A stretch of 64,000 nucleotides of DNA, taken from Octopus sinensis. Lineage: Eukaryota. Of the stretch, positions 1 through 10,721 are shown in pieces (position 1 is the stretch's first letter; every line of letters starts with the position of its first letter). The stretch is taken from positions 186,001 to 250,000 of the forward strand of contig NW_021825821.1 of the NCBI RefSeq assembly GCF_006345805.1. Direction: 5' to 3'. The position numbers and the translations under genes are program-made. The notes beneath the pieces are model-generated. The model made no database searches. It worked only from the letters and a program-made list of their open reading frames with translations, and was not told the origin of the DNA.

Positions 1-290
1 TCAGATGGTTTCTGATCGGTAACAGTAGCAATATACCGAAATATTGCACCGGGATCCGTGATACACACTGATAAATGGAAGGGTAATTGTAATTAATATA
101 TTCTTCGAAATAGGTTATTCAACGCCCGATTTTAATGCTCCTGGCAATGTGTACCTCAAAGTCAATTACACACGAAATTTTGTAGACCCGAGGACAGGTG
201 CACGTACGCAAACTATTGAGAGGTTCACATAAAAATTAAATGGAAAAATGGCGCAATAAAAGACAAAGAGGTACGTCACTTGTGGTGTCA
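1..290 (+). pseudogene. Merlin (IS1016/IS1595-like DDE) transposase C-terminal fragment, degraded, truncated by window start
   Basis: Translates to YRNIAPGSVIHTDKWKG and, after a frameshift, VNYTRNFVDPRTGARTQTIERF; these are the xHTD.W.G and VNH..NFVDP.TG.HTQ.IE motifs of Merlin/ISXO2-like transposases. In-frame stops present. Confidence 0.75.
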
Positions 291-329
291 TATTAAACAG
301 AGTATAAAAAAGTGAAAAAGACATTGTGC

Positions 330-483
330 AAATTTGAGATGCGTCGGCAGCATCAACCAACTTTTTAAAAACAAAATAAGGAAATAGACTACGAGTACAA
401 AATGACGTGCGAATAGCTTTGTCGAAGATAGAGCCCGACATAAGTAAAATTATTCTGCACAAAAAAGATCAGAAATCTCACAG
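330..483 (+). mobile_element. hAT (Buster/Charlie) transposase C-terminal fragment
   Basis: Reads KTK*GNRLRVQNDVRIALSKIEPDISKIILHKKDQKSH, nearly the same as the hAT C-terminus at 20978-21199 (KTKYRNRLRVQDDMRVALSNIEPDISKIILSKQDQKSH). Confidence 0.8.
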
Positions 484-554
484 AATTACTGTTAAATTGT
501 GTTTATTTATTTAACAAGATCAGAAAAGATCAGAAATCTCACCCTAAATTGGAA

Positions 555-2885
555 GGGAATGCGGTACGAAGAAAACCGACAGACCTCTTAGGGTTGCACC
601 ACAAGTCAAGTTAATATTGTATGATTTTCTTAAGGCAGCAAGGTTTTTCATTCCAGGAGGAGATGACTTATTGTGTGTCGCCCGTCAAGGCAGACCGGAC
701 AGGTCGGATCGACATCCCTGTCCAGTTTGTTTTGATAGTCGAGGAGTAAAGGATGGGGTCCACAGCGGAATCTTGCAAGTTCGACCCGATCTCTACGGCT
801 GAGATCTTTTCCAGCTGCGTTTTCTTTTATGTTCGATGGTTTTTTGTTAGTGAATTCGTTTAGAATAAGACGGTAGTGAAGTCCTAGCGTATTTTTGATG
901 TTCCTGTCAAGGGCTGGTATTGTCGTGAGATTGCGACTTGGGTGGTTTTTGATTATACTCACTGAGGTGAAAAATTGGGTTCCATAAATGTCGAAATAGT
1001 CTGCAAGTTTGATTGTGATTTTGCTGGTGAGAGAGATAGCCCGCTTAGAGTAATCCAGTTATACAGAGTATCAATTAATGGATTACATGCCGTTATTGAA
1101 TCTCTGTTTGATTATGTGACCGTAATATCATCTGCGTATAAGAACAGAGATATATTTTCTGGTGGTGTAAAAATGTCACTTAGGTAAGTATTGAAAAATG
1201 TGAAGGATATAACAGATTCCAGGGGTACTCCATTGGGATGGATGAAGTATTTGAGCGTTTTTTGTTGAGTTGCATATAACTTGTTTCCACTTATTATTAT
1301 TATTATTATTTAAAGACCAATACGGGCAAGCCAGTTAATTATAGTTAATCCCGTGATCGCCGATCCAACGAGGGAGATCCTTCTGAAAGTTCAATCCTTC
1401 CCGCAAGATCGCCTGAGACGACGGTGTCCAGGGTCTGAGAAGCTAAGAGTCCTTCTTCGGAGGCATTAAGTGCCTCCTGAGCGTTGCCATATCCGAAGGA
1501 TATTTCCAACTGACATGGTGGACCCCGTAACGCCACGCTAAGCCCGAAGGTAAGAGATCCCCATTTCCAACTGTGTCGTGCCAGAAGTACTCGTTGCCTC
1601 ACGGGCAGGGGAACGATAACGAGAATTAGCCCCAGGTTGAAAACTGTCCTCCTTCGGAATCGAACTCACGACCATCCAAATCCATTATCCATAGCTTAGT
1701 CTTCAGCCAAGGGGGCCTGAAGTAGTTAGATAGCCATCATTTTTAGTTATTATCAATATTTGTGTTGATGATTTTGTTTATTAATGGGAGTCGAAGAATG
1801 AAGTCAAAAGCTTTGCTTAGATCCAGGATAATTATGATTTTCCAAAGGGGAAGATTTTTTCATTAATCCGTTTGATATTATTTGTGCCATGTTTGTAAGT
1901 AGGGTTGTCTTTGAATGCTATGGTCTGAAGTCATGTTGCGTTTTGCTAATTGTAAGTTTATGGGATATTCTGTTTAGGATTAGATATTGAGTTGTTGCAT
2001 AGGAGTTTAATTGGTCTGTACGATGATGGGTCGGTGGCTGGTTTATGTGGTTTTAATTTCGTGATCATTTTCCCAATTTTCCATATTCGTTGGATAGTAT
2101 TCATGTTAAAGGATTCATTTAGTATCGATGTGAGATATTGTAATCCATTATCAACCGGCCTTTGAGGTGAAAACTGCTAATGTTGTCAGATCCAGTTGGA
2201 TGGGATTGTTTAAGATTGAGAGTTACGTATTTTTACCTTTTCTTTGGTAAATGAATTTGAATTTCGGTCAAGGAGGTATTTCTGTACTCGTATTTTGTGT
2301 GAGTGACAGTCATGTTTACGGCATGATGTTTCTGAAGTGTTTCGTCAACAAGTTGGCCTGTTCTTTGTCAGTTGGTAGGCCATTTAAGATTTTATAGACT
2401 CCTGTGTTTCTCAATTGCTGGAGTTAACAATGCTGTTTATTGTTTTGAAAATTTCTAGAATCTGGAATTCTTTACGTTTTTTCCATTTAATTTGCTTTCT
2501 GAGGGGAAACAGGATAGCCATCAGTTCTTCTTTTTATTGACCTTAATTTCAAATAATTATCATTAGTTTGAAAAAAATTTTGCTTTCTTGTATTAAGGCA
2601 AGATCGATGTTGTTTGAGATAATAAGGTATTTGACCTCGATAAATTTATTTTGGATTCCGTTAATATTGATTGGAGAATGTTTATCTTATTCCGACGTTT
2701 TGGATTGGATCCTTTTGGATCTGCCGGGGTATTAGCCGTGGCCACCTGGGAGTGTTACTTCGGAGATCATTGTGGAACGGTTCTTTTGCAGATACAGATC
2801 TATTTACTCCATACGATGATCCATGCTGACCCGAAATTGTCTGTTACTTCCATAATATTCATATTATTTTTCTATAATAAATATA
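555..2885 (-). mobile_element. Degenerate APE-RT non-LTR retrotransposon with C-terminal CCHC finger, interrupted by a SINE
   Basis: Minus-strand remnants: end of APE (FHNDLRS ~2770), RT LDLSKAFD (~1830), HPNGVP (~1230), and C-terminal RVELARFRCG..CPVC....TISHLLLE (ORF 648-962). Many stops and frameshifts. Confidence 0.75.
1291..1718 (-). mobile_element. tRNA-derived SINE, full-length copy (~430 bp) with (TAA)n tail
   Basis: Minus-strand 5' head GGCCCCCTTGGCTGAAG...GGTCGTGAGTTCGATTCC (A-box-like segment and B box), GC-rich body, (TAA)6 tail. Homologous copies at 24270-24599 and 29248-29398. Splits a LINE RT frame. Confidence 0.8.
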
Positions 2886-3061
2886 TATAAATAGTCGAAC
2901 ATGTCCATAAACCTGCACATAACAAAGCCAAAAATTGTAGGGCTAATAACAAAAAATGTTTATTTTATTTAAAGTGGACTGAAGGTTTACTCTGTTTTGG
3001 CAAGAAGTTATAAATTTTAATAATTTTTTAAAATAATGTTATTCAAAAAGTTACTCGTTGT

Positions 3062-3822
3062 ATGGACGCTGTGGAGTATTCTGAGTTGTATCCCCTTTGT
3101 GAAAAGGCCGGAATGAGAAAGTCCCGTGATGTATTGGAGAAAACCAGCGAAATATTATGCTTGATGCGCCTAAAGGGTTCCGTGCACATTACTGGCCGAA
3201 ACAGTGCAAATATTCGAATTGCTTGTGCGCTCATAATTTCAGCGAGGGAACTCCTAATTCCTGTTGACGTGGTAAATTAACTCAGTATTAATTTTTGGCA
3301 TGTTTGGCCAAGTGTTGCAACCTTAAACCTGAGAAGTTATATTCCCTTGTTTCCTTCACTCAGACTTTACTGGGTATAACTCCAAAGCGACAAAGCATCG
3401 AGGAACTATGCATAATTTTAGGTCACACCGATTTGATCTCCTCAGCCACTCAAATATTCAAAAAGTAATCTTTCTGTAACAGGCAGACTCTCTGAGTGGA
3501 GGAAGGATTTAACTGGATTGGCCGAGAATCATAAAGCCTACCTTCTGGCCTCGATTTACGTGGCTTGCAAAGAGTCCAAGATCAAAGTCCAAAAATTACG
3601 TTTTGCTAAACTCTCAAACTGCGAAATGTCGTTTTTTAATTCGGTTGTTGCTGAATTGGTCCGCGTAGTATCTGGTCGTGTGTAAATTTTAATATATCAG
3701 GTTCAAAAAAATCGAAACGCAAGATTGTAGTAAAGGAAAAATCAAGTGATTCCAATCAAAGTGAAGAAGATCCAACTCACTATGAAGACTTTGAAACTTG
3801 GAGGTCCCGGATGATTGATTGA
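3062..3822 (+). CDS. ORC6: Origin recognition complex subunit 6, 4 exons
   Basis: Spliced product ...ACALIISARELLIPVDV|ACLAKCCNLKPEKLY...LASIYVACKESKIKVQK...EEDPTHYEDFETWRSRMID*; matches ORC6 including the C-terminal DYEEWKRKI-like motif. Introns of 26, 22 and 26 nt; intron 1 lacks an AG. Confidence 0.85.
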
Positions 3823-3984
3823 CCTTTATGTTATTTTTGTAGTTTGTAATTAACCATGTCAATAATGCTACACCAGGGATCTGTAGGTATTTTGATATAG
3901 CTCGTTCAAAGAATGAAGTTATCAGGAAACTGTGAGTAGAAGCATTGATATATTTCTTCTGTTCGAGTATCAAACTTGCTGGTT

Positions 3985-4675
3985 TTTTTTTTTTTTTTTT
4001 AGGGTCAAACTACTAAGTAAAGTCAACAAACTAATAAATTCTCCCAGCGAGACGGAGGGAACAGCTGTTGCCACGCATGACAGCCAGCAGGATCCTCTGA
4101 ATGAGGAAAGTAAATTCCCTAGGGTCTTGGACCGCGAAGAACAAAGATGTCCCAATTTCTTAGGGAAGTGAGGGTCCCGGAGCCAAAGACGCCGGAAGTC
4201 TCGACAACGATTGGCCAAAACCAAAAGTCATCCATCAAAGACTGATATTTCCGGCACTTCGAAAGCTCAGCCTTATTAGCACGAGACCCAGCAAGAGAGG
4301 CCGATTCGTTGATGAAAGACTTTGAGAAGGTATCCACACAAGTGGAATCCCAGACCAAAGGTCTCCCAGAATAAAACGAGAACAACGTAGAGCCGTCCGG
4401 CCTTTTCCCGTCACCACGGTCGAGACCCTTAGGCTCAAGGACAGAAGGGTAGCCGGCCTTTTCGAGTGAGTCGAGAATGATTCTGTTAATCGCCGAATGG
4501 CGTGGAATACGACCCGCGCTTTTCTTGCAGGAGAGGGCATGGAGCCCGTATACGTCCATAGTAGATCCGCACCGGCAGGGGTGGGGACTACAGATCGGAA
4601 GTCCGAGGCGGAGGCAAATGCCAAAACGGAGGGCGTCGGAGTCAAGACAGGTGTCCAAATGGGTCGAAGGAAGGC
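3985..4675 (-). mobile_element. CRE-clade non-LTR retrotransposon, 5'-truncated, poly(A) tail, 11-bp TSD (CRE-A)
   Basis: ORF 4119-4658 has CRCG..HALSC, RHSAIN, KRPDG..LVWDSTC (zinc knuckle plus RLE). T18 at 3983-4000. ACTTGCTGGTT duplicated at 3974-3984 and 4676-4686. Confidence 0.9.
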
Positions 4676-5517
4676 ACTTGCTGGTTAGTAATTATAATCG
4701 AAATCAAAAGTAATAAAGTCAACTCAACAAAAAATAATTATTCTTTTTATACAATACTAGAAATTATTTAAAAACTTGTATTTTGAAAGTTTTTATGTAA
4801 AATTTGTCAATTTTTAATTTCCCGTCTAAAAAGTTTAACTATTATTTCTGATCTTCTCATGAGCGGGAACAAGCCGTGTAGAATAATAATATTTTTCCAT
4901 AACTTGAGGCCCGTTCGTTTTGAGTCAGAACATAAACAAGTCAGCGTGGTGTTAACTTGGTAGGTTAATAATCCCCACCAACTACTCTAAGCCTACCAAT
5001 GTGTTTGTTATGTGACCTCACTCTCTAAAATAACATTCATTATTAACATCTCTTGTTGGTTGTCAAATTTTCTTGTCATTCTAATTGGCGGTCCCCTTGA
5101 GTACCTGGATTCAATATCGATACATTAATTGCGAAAAAGCTGATTAAAAATGAATAAATTCAATTTCCTGACTTATTTGATGTCAGGTCATATAAACCTA
5201 CAGGCCAAAAGTCCCAAATTTTATTTCGCCAAAAAGTCACGACTTGCACATGAATATGGTCTTGTGCTATATCGCTTATTAGCAAATTCTCTAGATGCCA
5301 ACCAATACTAAATTGCCGGCTACTCTTATCGAAACGCAGGAGGATCGAGAATTCAACGTCTAGGACTTCTCTCAGGAAAATCAACGTCCCTTCGTAAAAG
5401 AATAATTATTTCTTGTCAAATAGATAGAACTATAGTTATGATCACAATTCAACTTTGTTTAGCTGTTTCTCTAGCATTTCTTCGATTTGGAAATTTATAG
5501 TGTGCCTCTGTTGAAAC

Positions 5518-6351
5518 TCAAAACAAATAATGTTTGCTTTTAATAAAGAATAAAATTGAGCGAAGACAGCCCGAACTTGACATTACCAAGAAGGAAAGAG
5601 GACTCCCGTGACAATCTTGTTTGTGCGTGTGTCTCCAAAACAGACTATTCGCAGTTGCCGTTCATATTAAAAATAACTTTAATGTTAGACTCGATTTATT
5701 AACACAAAAATAAAATCCCCAATATTAAAGAATGTTAGTTTAACTACCATTTATTATGTTTTATCCATTGAACCAAATCTTTCGGCATGTTCTTAATGAG
5801 TTGTTTGCTATATTTTTTGTATTTTCCTTGTTTGACTAAAATTATTTTTGGAAATTTAGTTATCTAAACGCACGATAGTTGTAACAAGTCAACTTTAAAT
5901 TGACTGAAATACGTGATCTTCTGGGAAATATCGACTGTTCCGATTTTAAGTTTAACTTGTTTGCCCACACTTTTTAATGTTTCTTTAATGTAAGTGCAAT
6001 TTTGTCCGGAATTCCTGTCCCAGAAATAGATAACCCGAGTCATATTGCTTGATTGAACAAATTTCACAAACTTAGAAAACGACAATTCAAAAACGTATCT
6101 CGACTTTCAAAATAAAATTAAACTGACTTACTGAAGATTTTTGAATTAATAAAATTTCTATTTCTTGGAAGAGAGCATCTGAATTTGGGTGACCTAATAA
6201 ACACGTGAAGTGAAGCAGTGTAATTTTATTTTAACATTTGTATACCAATCTCCGGTAAATAGAATTCAATATTATTTGTGTGCTTTCCATCCAGATCACT
6301 GTGTAAATCAGCACAGTTCGACAACACGGACAAAAATAGCGCAAATAACAT
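5518..6351 (-). CDS. TMX1/TMX4-like thioredoxin-fold ER protein with signal peptide; 3' end uncertain
   Basis: Manual splice gives MLFALFLSVLSNC...RVIYFWDRNSGQNCTYIKETL..LKIGTVDISQKITYFSQFK|ITKFPKIILVKQGKYKKY..DLVQWIKHNK..SPLSFLVMSS; aligns in register with TMX1 VDVTEQPGLSGRFIITALPTIYHCKDGEFRRY. No intact CxxC. Confidence 0.55.
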
Positions 6352-7189
6352 AACTGACGAATAATTTACATTAATTTATATCATTCAATATTATAGGCCA
6401 GCCAGTCTAAAATTATCATTTTGTCTAAATTGGTATAATATACAAAACATATTTTATTTAAATAAGTCCTCAAGTTCTATTTAAATAACTGTGAGACTTT
6501 TAGACAAGCACAAAGTTTCCGTTCCCAGTTCTATTACCGATCATTGCAAAAGAATTTTAAAAGGTTTATGAAAATTTAAAGTCTCAGACGAGAGGCTTGC
6601 CTTCACAGAAAATGTACGTACTCTTTCTAAATAGGCCTTTTCAGTCGTACCTGTTGACTCCAATGGATTGCAGTATTGACGAGAAATCAGCAAAGCAGAG
6701 AGTCCTTTGGACAACGTAGTTTAGGGATAAAGAATTCTGCCGGCATTCATGCGCGACCGTGGGTACCGTACGCCGAAACTACCTCTCCACAACGGTAGAG
6801 ATAATGGTGAGAAATCTTTATTCCCAAGCTCAATCAAACGCCAAGCCGAACTAACTCCTTTGGCGGCAGGTGATGCCACTCAGGTTGTACAAAACTGGAT
6901 CTTAATTCTACAAGAAGATGATTACTGAGGCATTGGTGCATGGCATCATTTTAGGCACCCGACTGTAGAAGGAAGCCATGGCTAACATTTCTGGATATTT
7001 TGTAAGCTCCACGTGTTTGACAGAGTAGAAAAAGGCAGAGTTTATAATATCATTGGATGATAAAAGAAAGAAAAAGTTACACGGCAATTGCATAATCTAT
7101 TAGAACCTAAAGAAAGCTGTCAAACACTGACAGCTCGCTATAAAATAATAATCTACGTTAAAATAGTAATTGTAAGCCTAACGGCCAAA

Positions 7190-7530
7190 ATGAGCATGTT
7201 TGTTAAAGATGATGAAGAGTACAATCTACTGAAATCCGTTCTTGAAGGTCAAGAAGTGGATATATCGAAAGTTAAAAATGGAGCTGGAAATTTCATTCTT
7301 ATTTAGGGAAAGCTATATCTTCGAAATACTAATCGACTTCACAAGCTCGTTATAGCTTCAACAAGCACAGAAGAAATGAAAATCATTGCTCAAGAAATCC
7401 ACGAAACAAACCATTGTGGGCATAATGCTCTGAATGTTCTTTGCAGATAGAAATTTTATGTAATCAAGTGAAACATCATTCGTCAAGTTATAGGTGAGTG
7501 CAATATATGCAAGCTTGCTGTGCGACTGAC
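7190..7530 (+). pseudogene. Ginger/KRBA2-type integrase N-terminal (HHCC) fragment
   Basis: MSMFVKDDEEYNLLKSVLEG...EIHETNHCGHNAL...IIRQVIGECNIC with stops; integrase zinc-binding motif, homologous to the copy at ~40200. Confidence 0.65.
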
Positions 7531-7789
7531 TGATACAGTATGACGATTCAAGCTATATTGACGATTCAAGCAATTTACCTAATGAAAGGTTTCAATTCTA
7601 GGTTTGGGGAGCAGAAGAAAATATTCGGGGAGGTAATGTTGTTGTTTGATTGGTATGCTTGGTGGGTATATTTTTAAGGGTTATTGAAGATGTATATACT
7701 GTCTAATTGATCTAAAATCACATCACGCTGGAAGAATACCTAAGGAAAAAGACTTTGCGCCCGGCCAGAAAGTGTGTTGGAAAACAGAA

Positions 7790-8150
7790 CAAGGTTAGTT
7801 ATCAAAATTTGATTGCTAACGTAATAGAAACGACGATATTAACAGGTAAGTATAGAGGTGAGGATGTTTATATATCAAAAATTATTATTATATTTGATAA
7901 ATTACAGTTTAAATTTAAAAGGTTGCAGTTTTCATCGAGAGTTTTGCAATGCCAATAAACAAGACCCAGGAACAGTCATTAAAAATAATTTGGCTTATTT
8001 TTAGAGAAAAAGTGCCTTTCACATGGACAGCTGTATGTGGGATGCTCAAGGGTAGGCAAAAGAGAACATTTATTCATATTTGCCAAGGAAGGACGGACGA
8101 CAAACATCGTTTATCAATAGGCGTTGGAATAGGAATACATCAAAACAGGT
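7790..8150 (+). pseudogene. Helitron RepHel PIF1-helicase C-terminal fragment
   Basis: NVIETTILTGKYRGEDVYI..FKFKRLQF..AMPINKTQEQSL..(F)HGQLYVGCS across frameshifts; canonical Helitron helicase C-terminus. Confidence 0.8.
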
Positions 8151-8162
8151 CGTTTTTATATA

Positions 8163-9959
8163 CAGTAGACTATTCATTTAACGAAAATGAAAATTGAGCA
8201 TTCGTTAAATGAATTTAACGAAAAAAATTGTTTAATTAAAAATGTGTCATGTAATCGGTAATTTTAGGTTCCTTCTTTTTAATTTTTGCCAATATATTTC
8301 TCAAATTTGGTAATTAGGTGAATATGTTCACCAGATTCTTGCAAAAAATATTTTTCAATATTTTCCAAATATTTAAGTGCATCTGCATAACCAATGGGAT
8401 TGTCATTTGTGCTATCTATTTCTTCATGCTCATTTTCTTCCTCACATTGTATTGTATCAAGATACGCGTTTTCTTCGCAGACGACAGGTGCACAGACAGG
8501 AAACTCAATCATAATTTCACTTTTATTATCTTTAATTGTAAGGTGATTTAAATTTTAATACCTTTTTCGTCAGTGGATTCTTCAAGTATTTTTTCATCTA
8601 TCTTCGCCCAATTATTTAATGCCTTGTTAAAGCAATTTTTGATAGTGTCCACTGTGACTTCGTTCCAAGTTTCAATAATTAAAGGTAGAGCATTCACTAA
8701 TTTGAATTGGTAAGTTCATCTGTATATGACATGTTCCTATATTTGTTCCCATACTCAAATTTCTAGTCATTCCTTTTTTATACAACGATTTAAATGAATG
8801 CACAATCCCTTGATCAATTGGTTGAATCTTAGATGTTGTCTTTAGAGGAAGAAAATACAATTCGATATTACTGAATTCGCCATCAAAATAGTGACCTGGC
8901 GCATTATCTAAAAGAAGCAAAATCTTTCTATTTTCCACACTCATTTTGGAATTTAACCGTTCAACCCAGTTTTTAAAAATTAAACTGGTCATCCAAGATT
9001 TATTACTATTTGCATATTGAATCCCAAGATTATTCATATTAATATTTTTAAAACCATGAGGATTTTTGAATTTTCCGATTACCAACGGATGCTCTTTATC
9101 TCCTTCCATATTTGTGCATAATAACAGTGTTATTCGTTCTTTAGAAAATTTTCCTGAAGCCCTTGATTCGGAGTCAAGAACTAATGTTTTTTTTGGAGTA
9201 CATTTGAAAAAAAACAGTTTCATCCCAGTTGTAAACATTTTTCGATCCATATTTTTTAACATGGCTGCAAAGCGTTCATATGAATCTATAAGCAAAACGG
9301 GATCCACTAATTGTTCTTCTCCAGAAATCGTGAGTGTTTTTATTTTATACTCTTCCTTAAAGCGTGAAATCCATGGGTGAGATGCTTTGAATTTTAATTA
9401 TAAAATCGTTGAGCAATTTTGAGTGCATTTCGCGTACCATTTCATTAGTTATGGTGTGATTACAGAAACGTTTGATCTGAATCCATGCATATAGTGGTTC
9501 ATATATCTTATCAGTACAACTTTTAAATGTAATATTCTTTTTTTGTTTGTGACGCCTTGATCCATACAATTGCATTTTCTTCAACGTTGAATTGATCACT
9601 CCAATAGGTATATTAAACCGCTGAGCCAATTTTCTTAAGTAACAGCAGGATTATTCTTCTTGAAATCAATAACTTCCAGTTTTTTGTTGAAATTGATAAG
9701 TTTTTCTTTTTTTCATATTGTTCACCCTTGCAACATGGCTTACTACAAGAAATAGCGAGGAAAAATTATTTTAAAATTTTATCAAAAATTTTAATTTCGT
9801 TATTTAAATATTCGTTAATATATTTAAATATTCACTAATACAAAGAAAAAAAAATTTTATTTTTGAATTTATCTAAGGAAAAACGTAAAAAAATATTTTT
9901 GACTTTCGTAAAATGAATATTTTCGTTAAATTTTTTTTCGTTAAATGGATAGTCTACTG
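8163..9959 (-). mobile_element. pogo/Tigger DNA transposon, full length (~1.8 kb), transposase frameshifted
   Basis: TIRs CAGTAGACTATTCATTTAACGAAAA / TTTTCGTTAAATGGATAGTCTACTG, TA TSD. HTH-CENPB and DDD motifs (KERITLLLCTN, LLLDNAPGH, IQPIDQGI) in ORFs 9357-9629 and 8672-9307. Confidence 0.92.
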
Positions 9960-10139
9960 TATTTACATAAATTTATAGTTGCTTGATGAAACAGGCCTTC
10001 CGCAGGAGTTAGGTCGCAGCATCAATTTCTTTCAAAAGTGAATTAATACTCGCTCAGTTTCTTGAAAGTTTGGAAAAGCACAGGGCATTCATTTTACATT
10101 TGCATCTGTAAGTCAAGTTTTCAATGTGTTGGCGAAATG

Positions 10140-10380
10140 ATAGGGAGGTATCATAAATTATCCCGAGTATTTTGACTTTTTGGTGTAGAGGATTTGAATT
10201 TTGTTGGCTGTGATTGTCAGAATGAAATTGTGTTCTCGTGTATTACTTGTTAGAAGAGTGGCTGATGATTTAGTTGTTAGAGCTAGCCCGTTTAGAGTAA
10301 TCCAGTTATACAGAGTATCAGTGAATGAATTCAACATAAATAAATAATTTCTATAATTCATAAGGGAACAGTACTTGAAT
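10140..10380 (-). mobile_element. LINE RT fragment related to the 555-2885 element
   Basis: TAGCCCG(C/T)TTAGAGTAATCCAGTTATACAGAGTATCA is shared with 1037-1073; ORF 10158-10361 is RT-like. Confidence 0.6.
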
Positions 10381-10721
10381 AATTAATTCTAAAATTCACT
10401 AAATAATAATTAAAAAAATATCACTAATTTGTAACCGCAAATACTTTTCCTTAATTCGAAATTGATTTTTATCACATTTTTTCTTAAAATTTGTTATTTC
10501 ATTAACCAAAAGTTGCTTTTATATAAGAAAACTTAAGAATCTTATTAATAAACTTTTTAGATCAAATATGTTGTAGTTTTGGAAATTCTTAAAATTTTCA
10601 TATTTAATAATTAAATTTTAACCAATATTAAAATTTATTATTAGAATAAAAAATTTAATTTTACAATGAGATCATCAATATCAATAAATTTAAAATTAAA
10701 CCACTAATTAATACTCTAATA

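Noticed and set aside
1345-1602. 85-aa ORF inside the SINE
   Set aside because: Frame broken by indels in copy 2; no protein motif.
1645-1718. tRNA gene on the minus strand
   Set aside because: It has a B box and T-arm-like text but no convincing acceptor or anticodon stems, and it is the head of a dispersed repeat; called a SINE head instead.
1500-1718. HDV-like, hammerhead or twister ribozyme in the SINE (GGCCCC/GGGGCT pairing, CTGAAGA, TAAC..AAGCCCG)
   Set aside because: P1.1 and J4/2, or the GAAA core partner, are missing; the twister-like words are antisense and not conserved in copy 2.
5300-5520. TGA read-through or alternative genetic code (four TGA and no TAA/TAG in one frame after the TMX-like gene; TGA at the PHD Trp)
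   Set aside because: ACSL, RPL39, RPS10 and SLC46 use TGG for Trp with no internal TGA, and ORC6 appears to end in TGA. Best explained by chance and decay.
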